From Rebecca billardiae RCC1528 (taxonomy: Eukaryota > Protista > Haptophyta): a stretch of 64,000 nucleotides of DNA. The DNA lies in assembly GCA_965240325.2 (NCBI GenBank), contig OZ251246.1:1178001-1242000 (forward strand). Reading direction: 5' to 3'. Shown here one piece after another: positions 34,757-46,840 of this stretch. The position numbers were made by a program, and so were the translations under genes. Below the pieces are notes generated by a model that saw only the letters and a program-made list of their open reading frames with translations, did not search any database and was not told the origin of the DNA. Positions within the stretch are counted from its first letter, which is position 1. Every line of letters begins with the position of its first letter.

Positions 34757-36000
34757 ATGGGCGCCGGCACGCTCGGCCCCCGAATCCTCGCCCTCGCCGT
34801 GGGCGCGGCGCTCATCAGCGCGGCGTGTGCGCGGGTGCAGACGGCGGCAGATGTCGGCGCCATATTCGTCGCCTCGTGCGCCGGCAGCGTCGTGCAGAAG
34901 CTCGCGCTCTATCCGCTCGACACGATCAAAGTGCGCGCGCGGCGCATGGACTGCGGACGGGCGCACCGCGCGTGCGCGCGCGCCGCTCATCCGGGCCGGC
35001 CGCCATTCCCGCGCGCGTCGCTGCTGCGCGTGCGCCCCTGCAGACCCGTGCGCAATACTATCGACGCCCCCTGCCGAGCGGCGCGGCCGCTCGTCAGCGC
35101 GGCGCGGCGGAGGGCGGCGCGTGCGTGCAGCCGGGCCCGCCGGCAGCGGAGCCGGGGCTGGCGGCGGTGCGGGACCTGTACCGCGGGCTGACGCCGACGC
35201 TGCTCGGCGTGCTGCCCGTCTCGCTCGTGTACATGCCTACGTACGAGCTCGCCCGCGCGCTCGCCATCGGCCTCCCGCCCGCGTGGGTGCCCCTGGCGCG
35301 CGTGCTCGCCGGCTCTGTCGCGGGCCTGGCGTGCTCGGTCGTGCAGGTGCCCTCGTCTGTGCTCAAGGCGCGGATGCAGGTGCGCGCGGCGGGCGCGGGC
35401 GGGGAGGGCGTGCGCGCGGTGGCGCGCGAGATCTGGGCGTCCGAGGGCGCCCGCGGCTTCTACGCCGGCTGGGCCTCCGCCGCCGCCCTGGACGTGCTCT
35501 ACTCGACGCTGCAGTTCCTCGTGCTCGAGCGCACGCGCACGGTCGCGCTCGCGCTCGCGGCGGGCGGCGGGCTCGACCACTGCCTGGACGCGCTGCTCAG
35601 CGGGGCCGGCACCGAGCCGCGCGGCGTGCTGCGCCGGGGCCGCGCGCTCCGCGCGTGGGAGAACTCGGCGGTGGGCTGCGTGACCGGCGCGCTCACCGCC
35701 GCCCTCACCGAGCCGCTCGACGTCGCCAAGACGAGGCTGATGACGCAGCCGGCGGCGCGGCGGACGGGCGTCGCCGGGGTCGGCGGCGGCGCAGAGGGCG
35801 AGAGGCGGTACGCCGGGACGGTGGACTGCCTGCGCACCATCGCGCGCGCCGAGGGCCTCAGCGCGCTGTGGCGCGGCCTCGCCCCGCGCGTCGCGTACAC
35901 CGCGCTCAAGTCGGCGCTGTGGTACGGCACGTACGAGACGGTGCGCGCGCTGCTCGTCACGCTGCTCGGCGGGCTGCTCGCGAGCGGCAGGGCGCGCTGA
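34757..36000 (+). CDS. Mitochondrial carrier family (SLC25) protein, SAM-carrier-like; intron 34931-35043
   Basis: Three carrier signatures: PLDTIK|TRAQ, PSSVLKARMQ and PLDVAKTRLM. Confidence 0.9.
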
Positions 36001-36546
36001 GCGACCGTCTCGGTGGAGCCAGTGCGCGGCTTGGGCTTCCGCCACGCGCGTGGACGGGTGGGGAGCGACGCGGGTGGCGACGTGACTCGGTAGCGTGACG
36101 GCTCCAATCACGAGCAGCACGCCGTCGCTCACTCTGCACCATTGAGCGGGCATCATCTGACACGGTGAGTGAGAGTCGTCCGAGCACGGCGACCCGGACC
36201 GGCCGAGCCCGACTCGGCCTCGGACCGGACGAACGTCATCATACACAGTAGTATATCGAACACTCCGCCTATAATATTAATAAAAGCCCAGCAGCGGCCT
36301 AACGAGGCGACCAGATCCCATGTGTCACCGTAGTAGTCTAGCTTGATGATGATGTGTATCATCAGACAATCAGTGACGATATATGATTCTGCGCCATTCA
36401 ATCACGCACGCTCAGCAATCAGTGCCAGTGGCGGGACGAAAAACGCGTCGTCGTCCCGCCCCTGATAGACACATCACTGCACATGCACGCCGAAACGTGG
36501 CGGCAGGCGTCTTCATCCCTCGCGGCCACGCGTGATGCCCGCCACG

Positions 36547-37014
36547 TCAGTATCCGACGGTGACGGCGGCGACGACGATGACCATCGTGTCGTCTTTGTC
36601 GCCCATCGCCTCTAGCGCGATGCCAGATGATGCGGCCAGCCCGCCCACGCTCAGCTGCACGGGGAGCAGCGTGCCGTATGGGAAGACGGCGCGCACGGCC
36701 GAGAGGTCGACGTCGTCGATGAAGCGCTCCGGCACGCCCAGCTGCACGTGCACCTTCATCTGCTCGTACCCGCCGGGCACGAGCTCCCGGATGGACGGGA
36801 TCGAGTTGAACTCGATCGCGTTGCGGCACGCGCGCACGGCAGCCTTGGTTGCGTCCTGCCCGTGCTGGTCGTTGCCGAAGCCGCACTCGATGAAGAGCAC
36901 GCGCTCCATCGGCGCCGCCGCCATGCGCACGCCCGACAGTCTGCGCGGCACCGGCGCATGCCTTTCTCGATGGCCCACAAGAGCAAGCAGCGCGAGCGCG
37001 ATGGCGACCGCCAT
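36547..37014 (-). CDS. Lin0512-family protein with signal/transit-like leader
   Basis: LFIECGFGNDQHGQDATKAAVRACRNAIEFNSIP..VFPYG..GGL..VAAVTVGY. Confidence 0.85.
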   Translation of the reverse strand: MAVAIALALLALVGHRERHAPVPRRLSGVRMAAAPMERVLFIECGFGNDQHGQDATKAAVRACRNAIEFNSIPSIRELVPGGYEQMKVHVQLGVPERFIDDVDLSAVRAVFPYGTLLPVQLSVGGLAASSGIALEAMGDKDDTMVIVVAAVTVGY

Positions 37015-37185
37015 CGCTCTCCGCTTGGCGTTCCGTTGGCTTCGCAAGGTTCACTTACGAATTTCCGATATGAGCCCTTGAACTCACGAATAACGTCGAA
37101 CGGCGGCAACGTTGATGCTTTTTGGCGGCGGAGGTGCTGCGCGCAGCTTCGGTGCGTCTGGACCGGGACGGAGAGCATCGACACG

Positions 37186-38006
37186 ATGCGTGCCCTTCCC
37201 GCGCTCGCGCGCCGGGTGAGCGTGCTGCCCGCCCCGGCGGCGCGGATGGTCATCGAGGAGATCGCGCCGTCGGGAATCAACGGGCTGCCCGTGTGGGAGC
37301 AGAGCGGCGCGTTCCTGCTCACCCTCGGCGCGGTGCTCGGCGGCGCGACGCTGCTGATTGCGGGCGGCACGGCCGTGACGCGTGCGCTGCCTCGTGGCCT
37401 CACACGCACGCTCACGTCGACGTGGCCCCTGCTCGGGCTGGTGTACCTCGCAGCAGGCGCGACGCATTTCACCTACCATGGCGCGTACGAGGCGATCGTG
37501 CCGCCGACCGGCACCTGGTGCGTGCGCGCAACCTTGCGTGCGCATGCGCTCGGCGCGCGCCCAGCGTGCGCCGCACGATAGCCGACGGTCCTCGCGCGCA
37601 CGCGCCGCCCGTGCGCGTCCGCAGGGGTCTGTGGCAGCTCCCGGGCAGCCCCGAGTTCCACGTCGCGTGGACCGGCGTCGCCGAGATCCTCGGCGGCGCC
37701 GGGCTGCTCGGCGGCGCGGTGGCGGAGCGGCTGGCGCTCCGCCCGCTGGGCTGGGTGCGGCAGAGCGCTGCGCTCGGCCTCTTCACGCTCACGCTCGCGG
37801 TGACGCCGGCGAACATCTACATGTTCACGCACGGCGCGATGATGGAGGGGCTGCCGGGGCCCGCCTCCGCCGGGCCGATCCCCGTGAGCGCGCACGCCGT
37901 GCGGCTGGGTCTGCAGTGCGTGCTGCTGGGGATGCTGTGGCAGCAGGCCGCCACGCCCGCGCCGCTGGGCGAGCTGCCCTCCTCGCGCGGCCCGGCGCAG
38001 GAGTAG
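37186..38006 (+). CDS. DoxX-like membrane protein; intron 37518-37624
   Basis: AAGATHF..AIVPP..W|GLW..TGVAEILGGAGLL..VTPANIYM. Confidence 0.75.
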
Positions 38007-38832
38007 CGCCACGCCGCAGGCACGCGCTGGCTGCGCCGCGCGCGGGGCGGCGTCGGCCGCGCGCGCTCGACTTGCGATGGCGCCGTGCGCGAGGTGTGAC
38101 GAGCTCGCGCGCCTGCGGCTGGCGCCTGCCTCCGCACGCGGCATGCATGTTGTGGGCTTGCGGACGACTCCTGCTCTCCTGCGTCACTGCGTGTGCGTGC
38201 GGCTACGCGCGACGACGCGTGTCGCTTTGCTGCGCGCTACTAGCTCGTCACTTTTGTCAGCGGACGAAGAAGTGCTCGCGTCATCGTCGCGCGGGGCCGG
38301 CCACTGTCGCGCCCTCATCTCGGACCAGACGACTACTCGGCTGCTGTGGATTTCGGCTATACTCGGCTGGAGCCACTGCCGCGCCACTGACACTGTTCCG
38401 ACAGGTCCGCCACTCCGCCCGTCTCGCCACTCTCGGTGGATATATATATGCCGCCTGTAGTGTGCCTCTAGTAGTGCATACATATATTATATGGACGACG
38501 ACAGTATATATATAGTAGCTAGACGATCGACGCGATGACGACGACTACGACGACTGCAGTCCGCGACGGCGGCGCGCGGCGGGCGCAAATCACGCGGCAA
38601 CGGGCCAGGCAGTCGGCGTCGGAGCGGAGCGCCGGGCAGTCCCTGGCACCGCCGCCAGTCCCGAGTCCGCCACCGCCGGCCTGACCGGGCATGACCGGGA
38701 TGCGTGATATGCGCCGCGCCGCGGATGACGATGACGACGACGACGGCGGATAGTATTTGCGCTATAGCTTCGTAGTCAGTAGGCGATTGCACGCGGCGCG
38801 GATGCGTCGCGCCGTCGCCACGCCGACGACGC

Positions 38833-40728
38833 TCACGCCGCGGCGGGCGGTGCGCGCCCGTGCAGCTGCGCGAGCACGTGCAGCAGCAGGTGCGAGTACC
38901 GCACCGCGTTGTCGTACGTGTACTCGTCGCGCGCGAACGCGGCGCCCGCCTGCGCGATCTCGCGCGCCACGCCCTCGTGCGCGTCGAGCCACGCGACCGT
39001 CTGGTGCACGCCGCCCTCCCCCACGGGCACAAAGTGCTTCCACGCGAGCAGCGCGCTGTGCACGAACAGCGCGGACGGCAGCAGCAGCGGGCGCGCACCC
39101 TCGAGCTTGAGCAGCACTGAGGCGCTGCGCAGCGCGAGGTACGCGCGCGAGCAGGCCGCGCCGTACCCGTCCATCGAGAGGATGTACCGGTGCTCCAGCG
39201 CCTCGCCCCACGAGGTGCGCCGCGCGGTGCCGAGCACCGAGCCGTCCGCGCACTCGGCCGGCGGGCGCGGCGCGCGCTGCTGCGCGCACGGCGGCAGGAT
39301 GAGCCGGCACGCCAGTCCGGACGGGTGCGGCAGCGGCGCGATCAGCGCGCGCGCCGACGCGCCGCGCGTGCCGTCCGCGCGGCGCGGGGGCGCCTTCGGC
39401 TGCAGCAGCTCGTGCGCCGAGCACACGCGCGCCCGCTGGTTGAGCAGCCCGTGGTGCTCGCCGCTCAGCGCGCCGGCAAAGTAGGCGACGCCGCCGCGCT
39501 TGGCGCCCCACGGCAGGTCGTTCTGCAGCGTCAGGTTGGCGCGGTACTCGTAGCTGGCCGCGCGCAGCCCGCCGCGCGCGTCGCGCATCGCGCCGGGCAG
39601 CACGTAGTGCCGCACGCGCAGCCGGCGGCGCGCGCGCGGCGCGGCCCCGCGCGCGGGCGCTCGCGCGCGCGCCGCGCGCGGGGGCAGCGGCCGCGGCGGC
39701 TGCGCGGCCGCGCGCGGCGCCGGCCGCCCCGCGCGCGCAGGGCCGCCCTTGCGCTTGGACCTCGAGCCGCGCACCCGGCCGAAGAGCAGCTCGAGCTCGG
39801 GCATGAGCGCGGCCTCGGCGTTCTGCGCGTCCTTCTGGAAGCAGAGCACCGGCAGCGGCAGCCGGCGCGGCTCGACGCCCGGCGCCACGCTCACGCTGCG
39901 AGGCTGCGCCACCAGCTTGCCACACTTGCACACGGCGCGCGGCGCGAGCGCGCACGCGCCCGCCGCCGCCGCGCGCGCGGCCGCGCCGCCCGCGGGGCGC
40001 GCGGCGGTGCCGTTCGGCTCGCACTCGAGCGGGCACGAGCCGGCGCTCGGCTCGGGCCGCGGCCTCGCGTTCCCCGGGCACCCGTCGCTCGGGAACGCGA
40101 CGAACGTCACGTTGAGCCCCGGGTCGAGCGCGGCAACGTCCGAGAAGTGTCCGTGGAAGGCGGCGGTGCGGTGCTTGCGGTACCCGGGCACGCCGCCGCT
40201 GAGCCGGCGGAGGGCGCCGCGCTCGATGCGCAGGAGGAGCGCGGTGGGGTACCGCGCCGCGAGCGCGTCCGTCCAGTGCGCCACGTCCCACGTCCCCGCG
40301 CGCAGCCAGTGCCGCAGCTGCGTGCGCACCGCTCCCTCGATCCACTCGCCGCCGCGCCGCGGCTCCGGGTGCGACAGGGAGGCCTGGCGCGCGCGCGCGC
40401 GCTCGAGGATGCGCCGCTCGTCTGGGGTGGGCTCGTCCGACACGGGCGGCACCAGCGGGTACGGCGCCGGCCGCGGCGCGTCGAGCGGCATGGGCGGGCC
40501 CGCGCGCGCGCGCTCGGCGGCCGCGCGCACGCCGCGCGAGGCGTGCAGCTCCGCGCAGCGGTCGGGCGACAGGCTGGCGCCCGCGGCGGCGGTGGCGGGC
40601 ACGTCGCCACGAGGCGCGCCTGCCCCTCGCCCGGCCTCGAGCGTGCTGCCCGCGGCGACCAGCAAGGAGGCCGCCGCGCACGCGCGCAGCGTGCTCATCG
40701 GCGCAACATGCCGCCTGCGCGTCGCCAT
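38833..40728 (-). CDS. Glycosyltransferase family 90 (CAP10/POGLUT-like)
   Basis: N-terminal hydrophobic segment; PWGAKR..YFAG, HRYILSMDG..SRAYLALRSASVLLK..WKHFVPV..AREIAQAGAAFA. Possible unresolved intron at about 39620-39740. Confidence 0.8.
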   Translation of the reverse strand: MATRRRHVAPMSTLRACAAASLLVAAGSTLEAGRGAGAPRGDVPATAAAGASLSPDRCAELHASRGVRAAAERARAGPPMPLDAPRPAPYPLVPPVSDEPTPDERRILERARARQASLSHPEPRRGGEWIEGAVRTQLRHWLRAGTWDVAHWTDALAARYPTALLLRIERGALRRLSGGVPGYRKHRTAAFHGHFSDVAALDPGLNVTFVAFPSDGCPGNARPRPEPSAGSCPLECEPNGTAARPAGGAAARAAAAGACALAPRAVCKCGKLVAQPRSVSVAPGVEPRRLPLPVLCFQKDAQNAEAALMPELELLFGRVRGSRSKRKGGPARAGRPAPRAAAQPPRPLPPRAARARAPARGAAPRARRRLRVRHYVLPGAMRDARGGLRAASYEYRANLTLQNDLPWGAKRGGVAYFAGALSGEHHGLLNQRARVCSAHELLQPKAPPRRADGTRGASARALIAPLPHPSGLACRLILPPCAQQRAPRPPAECADGSVLGTARRTSWGEALEHRYILSMDGYGAACSRAYLALRSASVLLKLEGARPLLLPSALFVHSALLAWKHFVPVGEGGVHQTVAWLDAHEGVAREIAQAGAAFARDEYTYDNAVRYSHLLLHVLAQLHGRAPPAAA

Positions 40729-40917
40729 CGTGCAAAACCGCGGGCCCGCCGGCGCGGCCGTCCGCGGCCGTTGCTCCCGCGTCGTGCTTTTTTTTTCCGA
40801 CCGCAGGAAAACAAATAACACCATTGATATATATGTCGCACGACCGCCGCGCGTCGTCTTGATCATACTGCTGATGCTAATTCCGCGGGTCAGCGGATCC
40901 GGATGACGCCCGCCGCT

Positions 40918-41094
40918 TTAAGAAGAGCGCCGCCCGGCCGCGCGCTGCTGCTCGGCCTGCCGCTCGGCGAGCGCGGCGCCAAAGTCCGCCGTCTTGCGCG
41001 TGCCGACCGCGGGCGAGGTGATCGTCTCGAGCGGTGTGCCCGTGCCAGGCGGGGCGCGGCTCGCGGGCCGGCGCTCGGGCTGCTCGCGCTCCCC

Positions 41095-41127
<33 letters not shown>

Positions 41128-44100
41128 CTCGGGCTTCTTCTGCGGCGACTCTGCAGACACCGAGATGTTGGGGCGCGAGCGCGCGCGCGCGGCGGGCGAG
41201 ATGGTGCGGCGGAGGAACTTGGACTTGAAGCGGCGCGCGGAGCGCATCACCGCCGCCGCCGTGCGCATCGTGATCCCGTCGATGGGCTCGGGCTTGACCG
41301 TCTTGTACGTCTCGCGCGCGAGGGGCGGCAGGTAGCCCGGCACGAGCCGCCGCTTCTCGTCGTACGTGGGGTGCGCGCGCAGCCGGTTGAGCATCTCCTC
41401 GTCCACCACCGCCTGCGCGCGCGCGGCGTGTGTGCGTGTGCGTGTGGGCGGGTTGGGCGCGCGGAGCACGGGTTAGGGTTAGGGTTAGGGTTAGGGTTGG
41501 GTGAGGAGCACGGGACGGCAGCCGCGGCACGCGCACGCGCACGGGGCGGGGGCGGCCGCGGCCCTCGCGAGAGGGGCGCGCGTGCGCTTGCTGCTTGCTG
41601 CTTGCTGCTTGCTGCTTGCTGCGTGCGCGTGTGCGCGTGCTGTGGCGCGTGCTGTGGCGCGCGCACCTTGACCTCTCGCACATACACGGGGTACGGGTGG
41701 AGCGTCGAGGGGGAGCCGCTGATGGCGGACGAGTAGACGACGCGCGGCTCCCCGGTGAGCGGGTGGCGCTCCTGCGCCTCCATCCAGCCCGCGGGCAGGG
41801 TGCGCCCGCACGCCAGCAGCGTCTCGCCCAGCCTGGCGCGCAAGCGGCGGCGCGCCGCGCGCGGCGAGTCGAGCGGCGTGAGCGTCCGGCCGCGCCGCGC
41901 CGGCAAGCGCTGCCCAGCGCTGCCCACGCGCGGCGCGCGGCGCGCGCGCGCGCACCACGCGAGCTCGGGCTCGACGAGCAGGTTGATCTTGAGCGCGGAG
42001 GCGGCGCCGACGAGGTGGGCGAGGGGCAGCGGGCGCGCGCGCAGCGCGCGCACGCGCATCTCCGCGTGGCGCGTGCCCGCCTGCTTGGACGCGGCGGCGC
42101 GCTCGGCCGCCTCGATGGCGGCGCACTCCAGCGCGTACGTGCGGCGCGTCTGGAGCAGCACGGACTCGATCTGGGAGGCGGGGGTGGCGTCGGCGACGGT
42201 GAGGGAGCGCCGCTTGGCGGAGAGCCGCTTCGAGCTCGCGCGGCGCGGCTCGGGCAGCGCCTCCTGCCCGAGCCCGCGGCCGAACAGCTCGGCGGGCGTC
42301 GGCAGCGGCGGCAGCGGCGCGCCGCCGCCGCCGCCGCCGCTCAGCTTGCGCCGCAGCCGCGCCGCCGCCTGCGCCGACTGGCGGTGGGAGACGCGGCGCA
42401 GCATGAGCGCGGCGGTGGAGGGCGGCGTGTCGGGCGCGGTGTCGTCCTCCTCCGCGCCGCCGCCCTCGGCCGCGCCGCGCGCGCGCAGCGCCCGCTCCTG
42501 CCGCAGGATGGCGGCGCTCACGGCCGACGCGCTCGCGGCCGAGTCGGCGTCCTCCGCGCCCGCGCGCGCGACCAGCGGCGGCAGCGTGTCTCGCCGCTCG
42601 TCGGTGCGGAAGTTGTAGTAGTACACGGCGCCCATCGCGTCGGCGGCGGCGGCGGCGTCGGAGGGCCGGCCGCCCGACGCGCGGCCCGCGGCCTCGTCCG
42701 GCGGCGCGGCGAACGCCGCCCAGCCGTCGAGGTGCGACCACTTGCGCTGCCGTCGGCCGTGCTGCGCGCGCTCTGCCGCCACGTGCGCGCGCATCGCCGG
42801 GAGGAGCGGGTGGCGGCGCGTGGCGACGCGCGGGAGGAGCGTGGACGCGTAGCCGTGCACGGACGGGGGCGCGGCGCCCGCGCCGTCGGCGAGCTCCGCC
42901 GGCGGCGAGGGCGGCGGCGTCACGTCCCCCAGCGGCTCATAGATCGCGTCGGAGGCGAGCGAGGCCGAGCGCGGCCTGAACGCGCCGCCGCCCGCCGCGC
43001 CGCGAGAGCTGCGGCGGCTGCCGGCCGAGCCGGCCGAGCCGCGGCGGCGCGCGGCGTGGGCGGCGCGCTCGGCGTCGGCGTCGGCGTCGGCGTCGTCCTC
43101 CGAGTCGGTGGGCGGCTCGGCGCGCTCGTACGCGTCGCCAAACTCGTCCTCCGCCTCCGCCTCCGCCTCCGCCTCCGCCCCGCCCTCCGCGCGCGCCACG
43201 CCCACGGCCTCCGCCTCCGCGCGGCCGAGCGGCCGCCAGTGCGCGGGCAGCGGCGCGACGGCCGCCTCGATGGCGAGGGGGAGGAGCCAGAGGTCGCGGC
43301 CGTCGGGCCGGCGGAGCTCGATGCCGACCGCGCGGCCGACCTCCTCCACCGCCTCCGGCGTCAGCCCGCCGTGCGCCGACGCCACCGCCGGGTGCGGTCG
43401 CATCTGCATCGATGCGAGGATGAGCGCCCACGGCGACGCGCCGTCGGCCGCGCGCCGCACCGCGCGCTCGTCGAGCCGGCTGATCGGCGGGTCTGTGGGG
43501 CGGTGCGCGCGCATCGCGTCGACCGCCGCGGCGGAGAGGCCGGCGGCGCGCCGCGCCATCGCCCACGCGAACCGCTTCTGCACGTCGTGCACGTCGGGCG
43601 CCACCCACGGCGTGCTTGCCTTGGGCGGCGGCGGCGCGAGCTCGGCGGCGGCGCGCGCCTCCGGGCTCATGCGCTTGGCGAGGGCGCGCACGGCGGCGCA
43701 CGCCTCGGCGAGGTCGAGCTTGAGCTTCTCGCGGCCGGAGTACCACGGGCGGAGGTTGTGCACCGTGCGCCGCGCCTCGGCCACCGCGGCGTCGAGCTCG
43801 GCCGCGCGCGTCGCGAGTCTGCGCGGCAGCCAGTAGCGCGCCGCGCGCACCTCCTCGCGCGGGGGGCACTCTGCTGCCAGCTGGCGCAGCAGGGCGCCCT
43901 GCGCCTCGAACGCGCAGAGCCGCGCCTTGAGCGGGCGCGTGCGCGGGCGCGGCAGCGTGTCGGGCTCGGGCTCGTCGCCCGCCTCGGACGCCGCCTTCGA
44001 GAGCAGCGCGGCGAGCGACGCGCCCGCGCTGTGGGCCACGCTCAGCTTGCGGCCGTGCGGGCCAGACGGCCGACGCCCGCCGCCCGCCGCCGCGCCGCCG

Positions 44101-46707
44101 GACGCGGACGCGGCGCCGGGCGAGCCGCCGCGATCGATCGAGCCGCGCCGGCTGGCGGCTCGGCTGCCGACGCGGCTGGCGCTGCCGCTGCCGCCGCCCG
44201 AGCCCGGCACGCTCACGCCCAGCTCGGCGTGCGGCGGCGCGCCGCCTCCGTCCGCGCCCGCGCCACCGCCCGCATAGTCTCCGAGCAGCGCGGCCATGCG
44301 GCGGGCGCCCGCCTGCACGCGCGCGCGGCGCTCGGCGATCTCGGCGGAGGTGTTGGCGACGGACGCGCGGCGGCGCAGCTCGGCGTCCACCTCGGCGCGC
44401 GCGCCCTCCGCGTCGGGCGCCGCCGCGCGCAGCCGCTCGCCCAGCTCGGCGAGTGCGCGCCTCACGTTCAGCTCCGCTCCCTCGGGGGTGGTCGACCACA
44501 CGACGGCGGCGCGCACGTCGCGCTCGTGCGCGGGCGGCGAGACGGCGGCGCCGAGGTGGGCGCGGGCGCAGAGCGCGCGCAGCGCCTCGAGCGCCGTGTC
44601 CAGCCGCGCAATGTCCGCGCCGCCGATCGCCGCGTCCGCCGCCGACGCGCCGCCGCGCCCGCCGCCGCCCGCGCGCGGCGACGGCATCGCGGAGGAGGCG
44701 GCCGAGTCCCAGCCGCCGCCCGGGCTCCAGAGGAGTCCGGACGAGCCGGACTTGGGGATGGCGAGCTTGGAGGTGAGGAGCGGCGGCGGCGAGTCGCGGC
44801 CGGAGGCGCCGAACGCCGACGGCGAGTCGCGGCCGGACGCGCGCGCCGAGCGCGCGCCCACCGCGCCGCCGACGCCGGACGCGCGCGCCGAGCGCGCCGA
44901 GCCGCCGCCCGAGCCGCCGCCGCCGCCGGGCGCGCCGCCGCCGCCGAGCGCGAGCTGACGCGTGTCCAGCGCCTCGCGCGCGGCGCCGAGCAGCTCCTTG
45001 GCCGAGGGCAGCGGGCCGTCGTTCCGCCGGCTGCTGTGCAGCTCGAGCACCACGTGCACGCACCCCTCGTCCGGCTGCTGCTCGTGGCACAGCCAGCGCC
45101 GCCGCTCGGCCGCGACCGCGGGCGGCGGCGCGGACGAGTGCGTGCCCGCGCTGCCGCCGAGCGGCGGCGGCGGCGCGCCGAGGTGCTGCGAGGTGCGCGC
45201 GGAGAAGGGGGCGTGCGCGCTCGGGCCCGGCGGCGGCGGCTCGTCGCTCGCGCTCATCGACGCGCGGTGCGCGCGCTGCGGCGGCCCCGCGACCGCGAGC
45301 AGCACCGCCGCCGCCGCCGCGTCCGCGCCCGCGGGCGAGCCTCGGCCTGAGGGCGGCGCAACGCCCGCGCCCGCGCCCGCGCCCGCGCCCGGCGGCGGCG
45401 GCGGCGCGGCGCCAAAGCCCGTGGCGGCGTGGATGGTGGTGTGCGGCCCGCGCTCGAGCCGCTCGAGCTCGTCCGCGCGCCGCGCCCCCTCCTCCGCGCC
45501 CCCCGGCTGCAGCGGCTCCACCCGCCATTGCTCGTCGTCCGCAAGACCGAGCGCGGACGCGAGGTCGGCGGCGAGGGCGGGCGCGAGCGCGGCGTGCGCG
45601 GCGCGCGCGTCGAGCCCGCCGCCCGCGCCGGGCGGCGCGCCGAGCACGCCGCGCAGGCGCTCGTCGGCCGGGTCCACCTCGACGCGCAGCACGAGCAGCG
45701 TCGGCGGCGCGTGCGCCAGCGCCTGCAGCTCGGCGAGCAGCGCGCGCTGCCCCGCGGCCGCGTCGAGCTGCGCGCGCGCCGCCTTGAGCTCGCGCTTGAC
45801 GGCGGAGGAGGCGGCCAGCTGCGCGGAGACGGCGATGCGGCGGCGCTGGAGGCCGTGCCACTCGGAGACGTCGAGCCACGCGAGCAGCGCGTCGTACGTC
45901 TTGAACGCGCCGCGCGTGTACGCCAGCGAGCGCCCGATGTTGCACAGCCGCTCGAAGGCCTCCGCGGCTGGCGGGCGGCTCGGCTGCACCTCCGCGATGC
46001 GCTTCTGCGCCTCTGCCAGCCCCTTGCGCACGCGCGCGAGGATCACCTTGGGCGTGTACTTGGAGCGGCCGCCGATCTCGCGGAGGAGGGAGCCCACCGC
46101 CTCGCGCGCGCCGCGCCGCCGCTCGCACTCCGCCGCCATCGCCTCCAGCGCCTCGCGCGTGTGCGAGCCGTCGAGGCGCGCCTTGGCCTCGGTCGCAGCG
46201 GCCGCGAGGTGGCCCACCACACCCACGAGCGCGGCCGACGCCCACGCGTGCTCGGCGGAGAGGGCGGCGGCCTCCTCGTGCGCGCCGTTGAGGAAGGCGA
46301 AGCGCTCCTCGTCGCGCAGCCGCTCGCGCACCGAGTGCTGCAGCGCCGCGCCGTTCATCGGCAGCTGCTGGTTCCCCAGCGAGACGCGAGGCGCGCTGCG
46401 CTCAGCCGTCTCGAGCGCGGCCGCTGCGGCCTGGAGCCACTGGCGCGGCGCGTTCTCAGCGCTCGAGGAGGCGTCGGTGGTGGGGAGGACGATGAGGGTG
46501 CGCACCGCGCCCGACTCGGCGCGCTGCGTCGAGACGAGCACGCTCGGCTTCCGCCGACCGCCCGCCACCGAGCCCACCACCGACGCCGCGCTCGACATGC
46601 CCCCGGGGTAGCCGCCGCCCGCGCCGCCGCCCGCGCCGCCGCCCGCCTCTGAGCGCGCGTAGGGCGTGGCGCAGCCCGAGCGCGAGGGCGTGCTCGAGGC
46701 GACGAGC

Positions 46708-46738
<31 letters not shown>

Positions 46739-46808
46739 ACGAGGGCGGCGGCGCGAGCCCGCCCGTCGCCGCCGAGCCGAACGAGGCGCCGAGCGAAGCG
46801 GCGCCGGA

Positions 46809-46840
<32 letters not shown>

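Noticed and set aside
41470-41506. True chromosome end
   Set aside because: Only four perfect repeats, located inside an intron of an intact gene.
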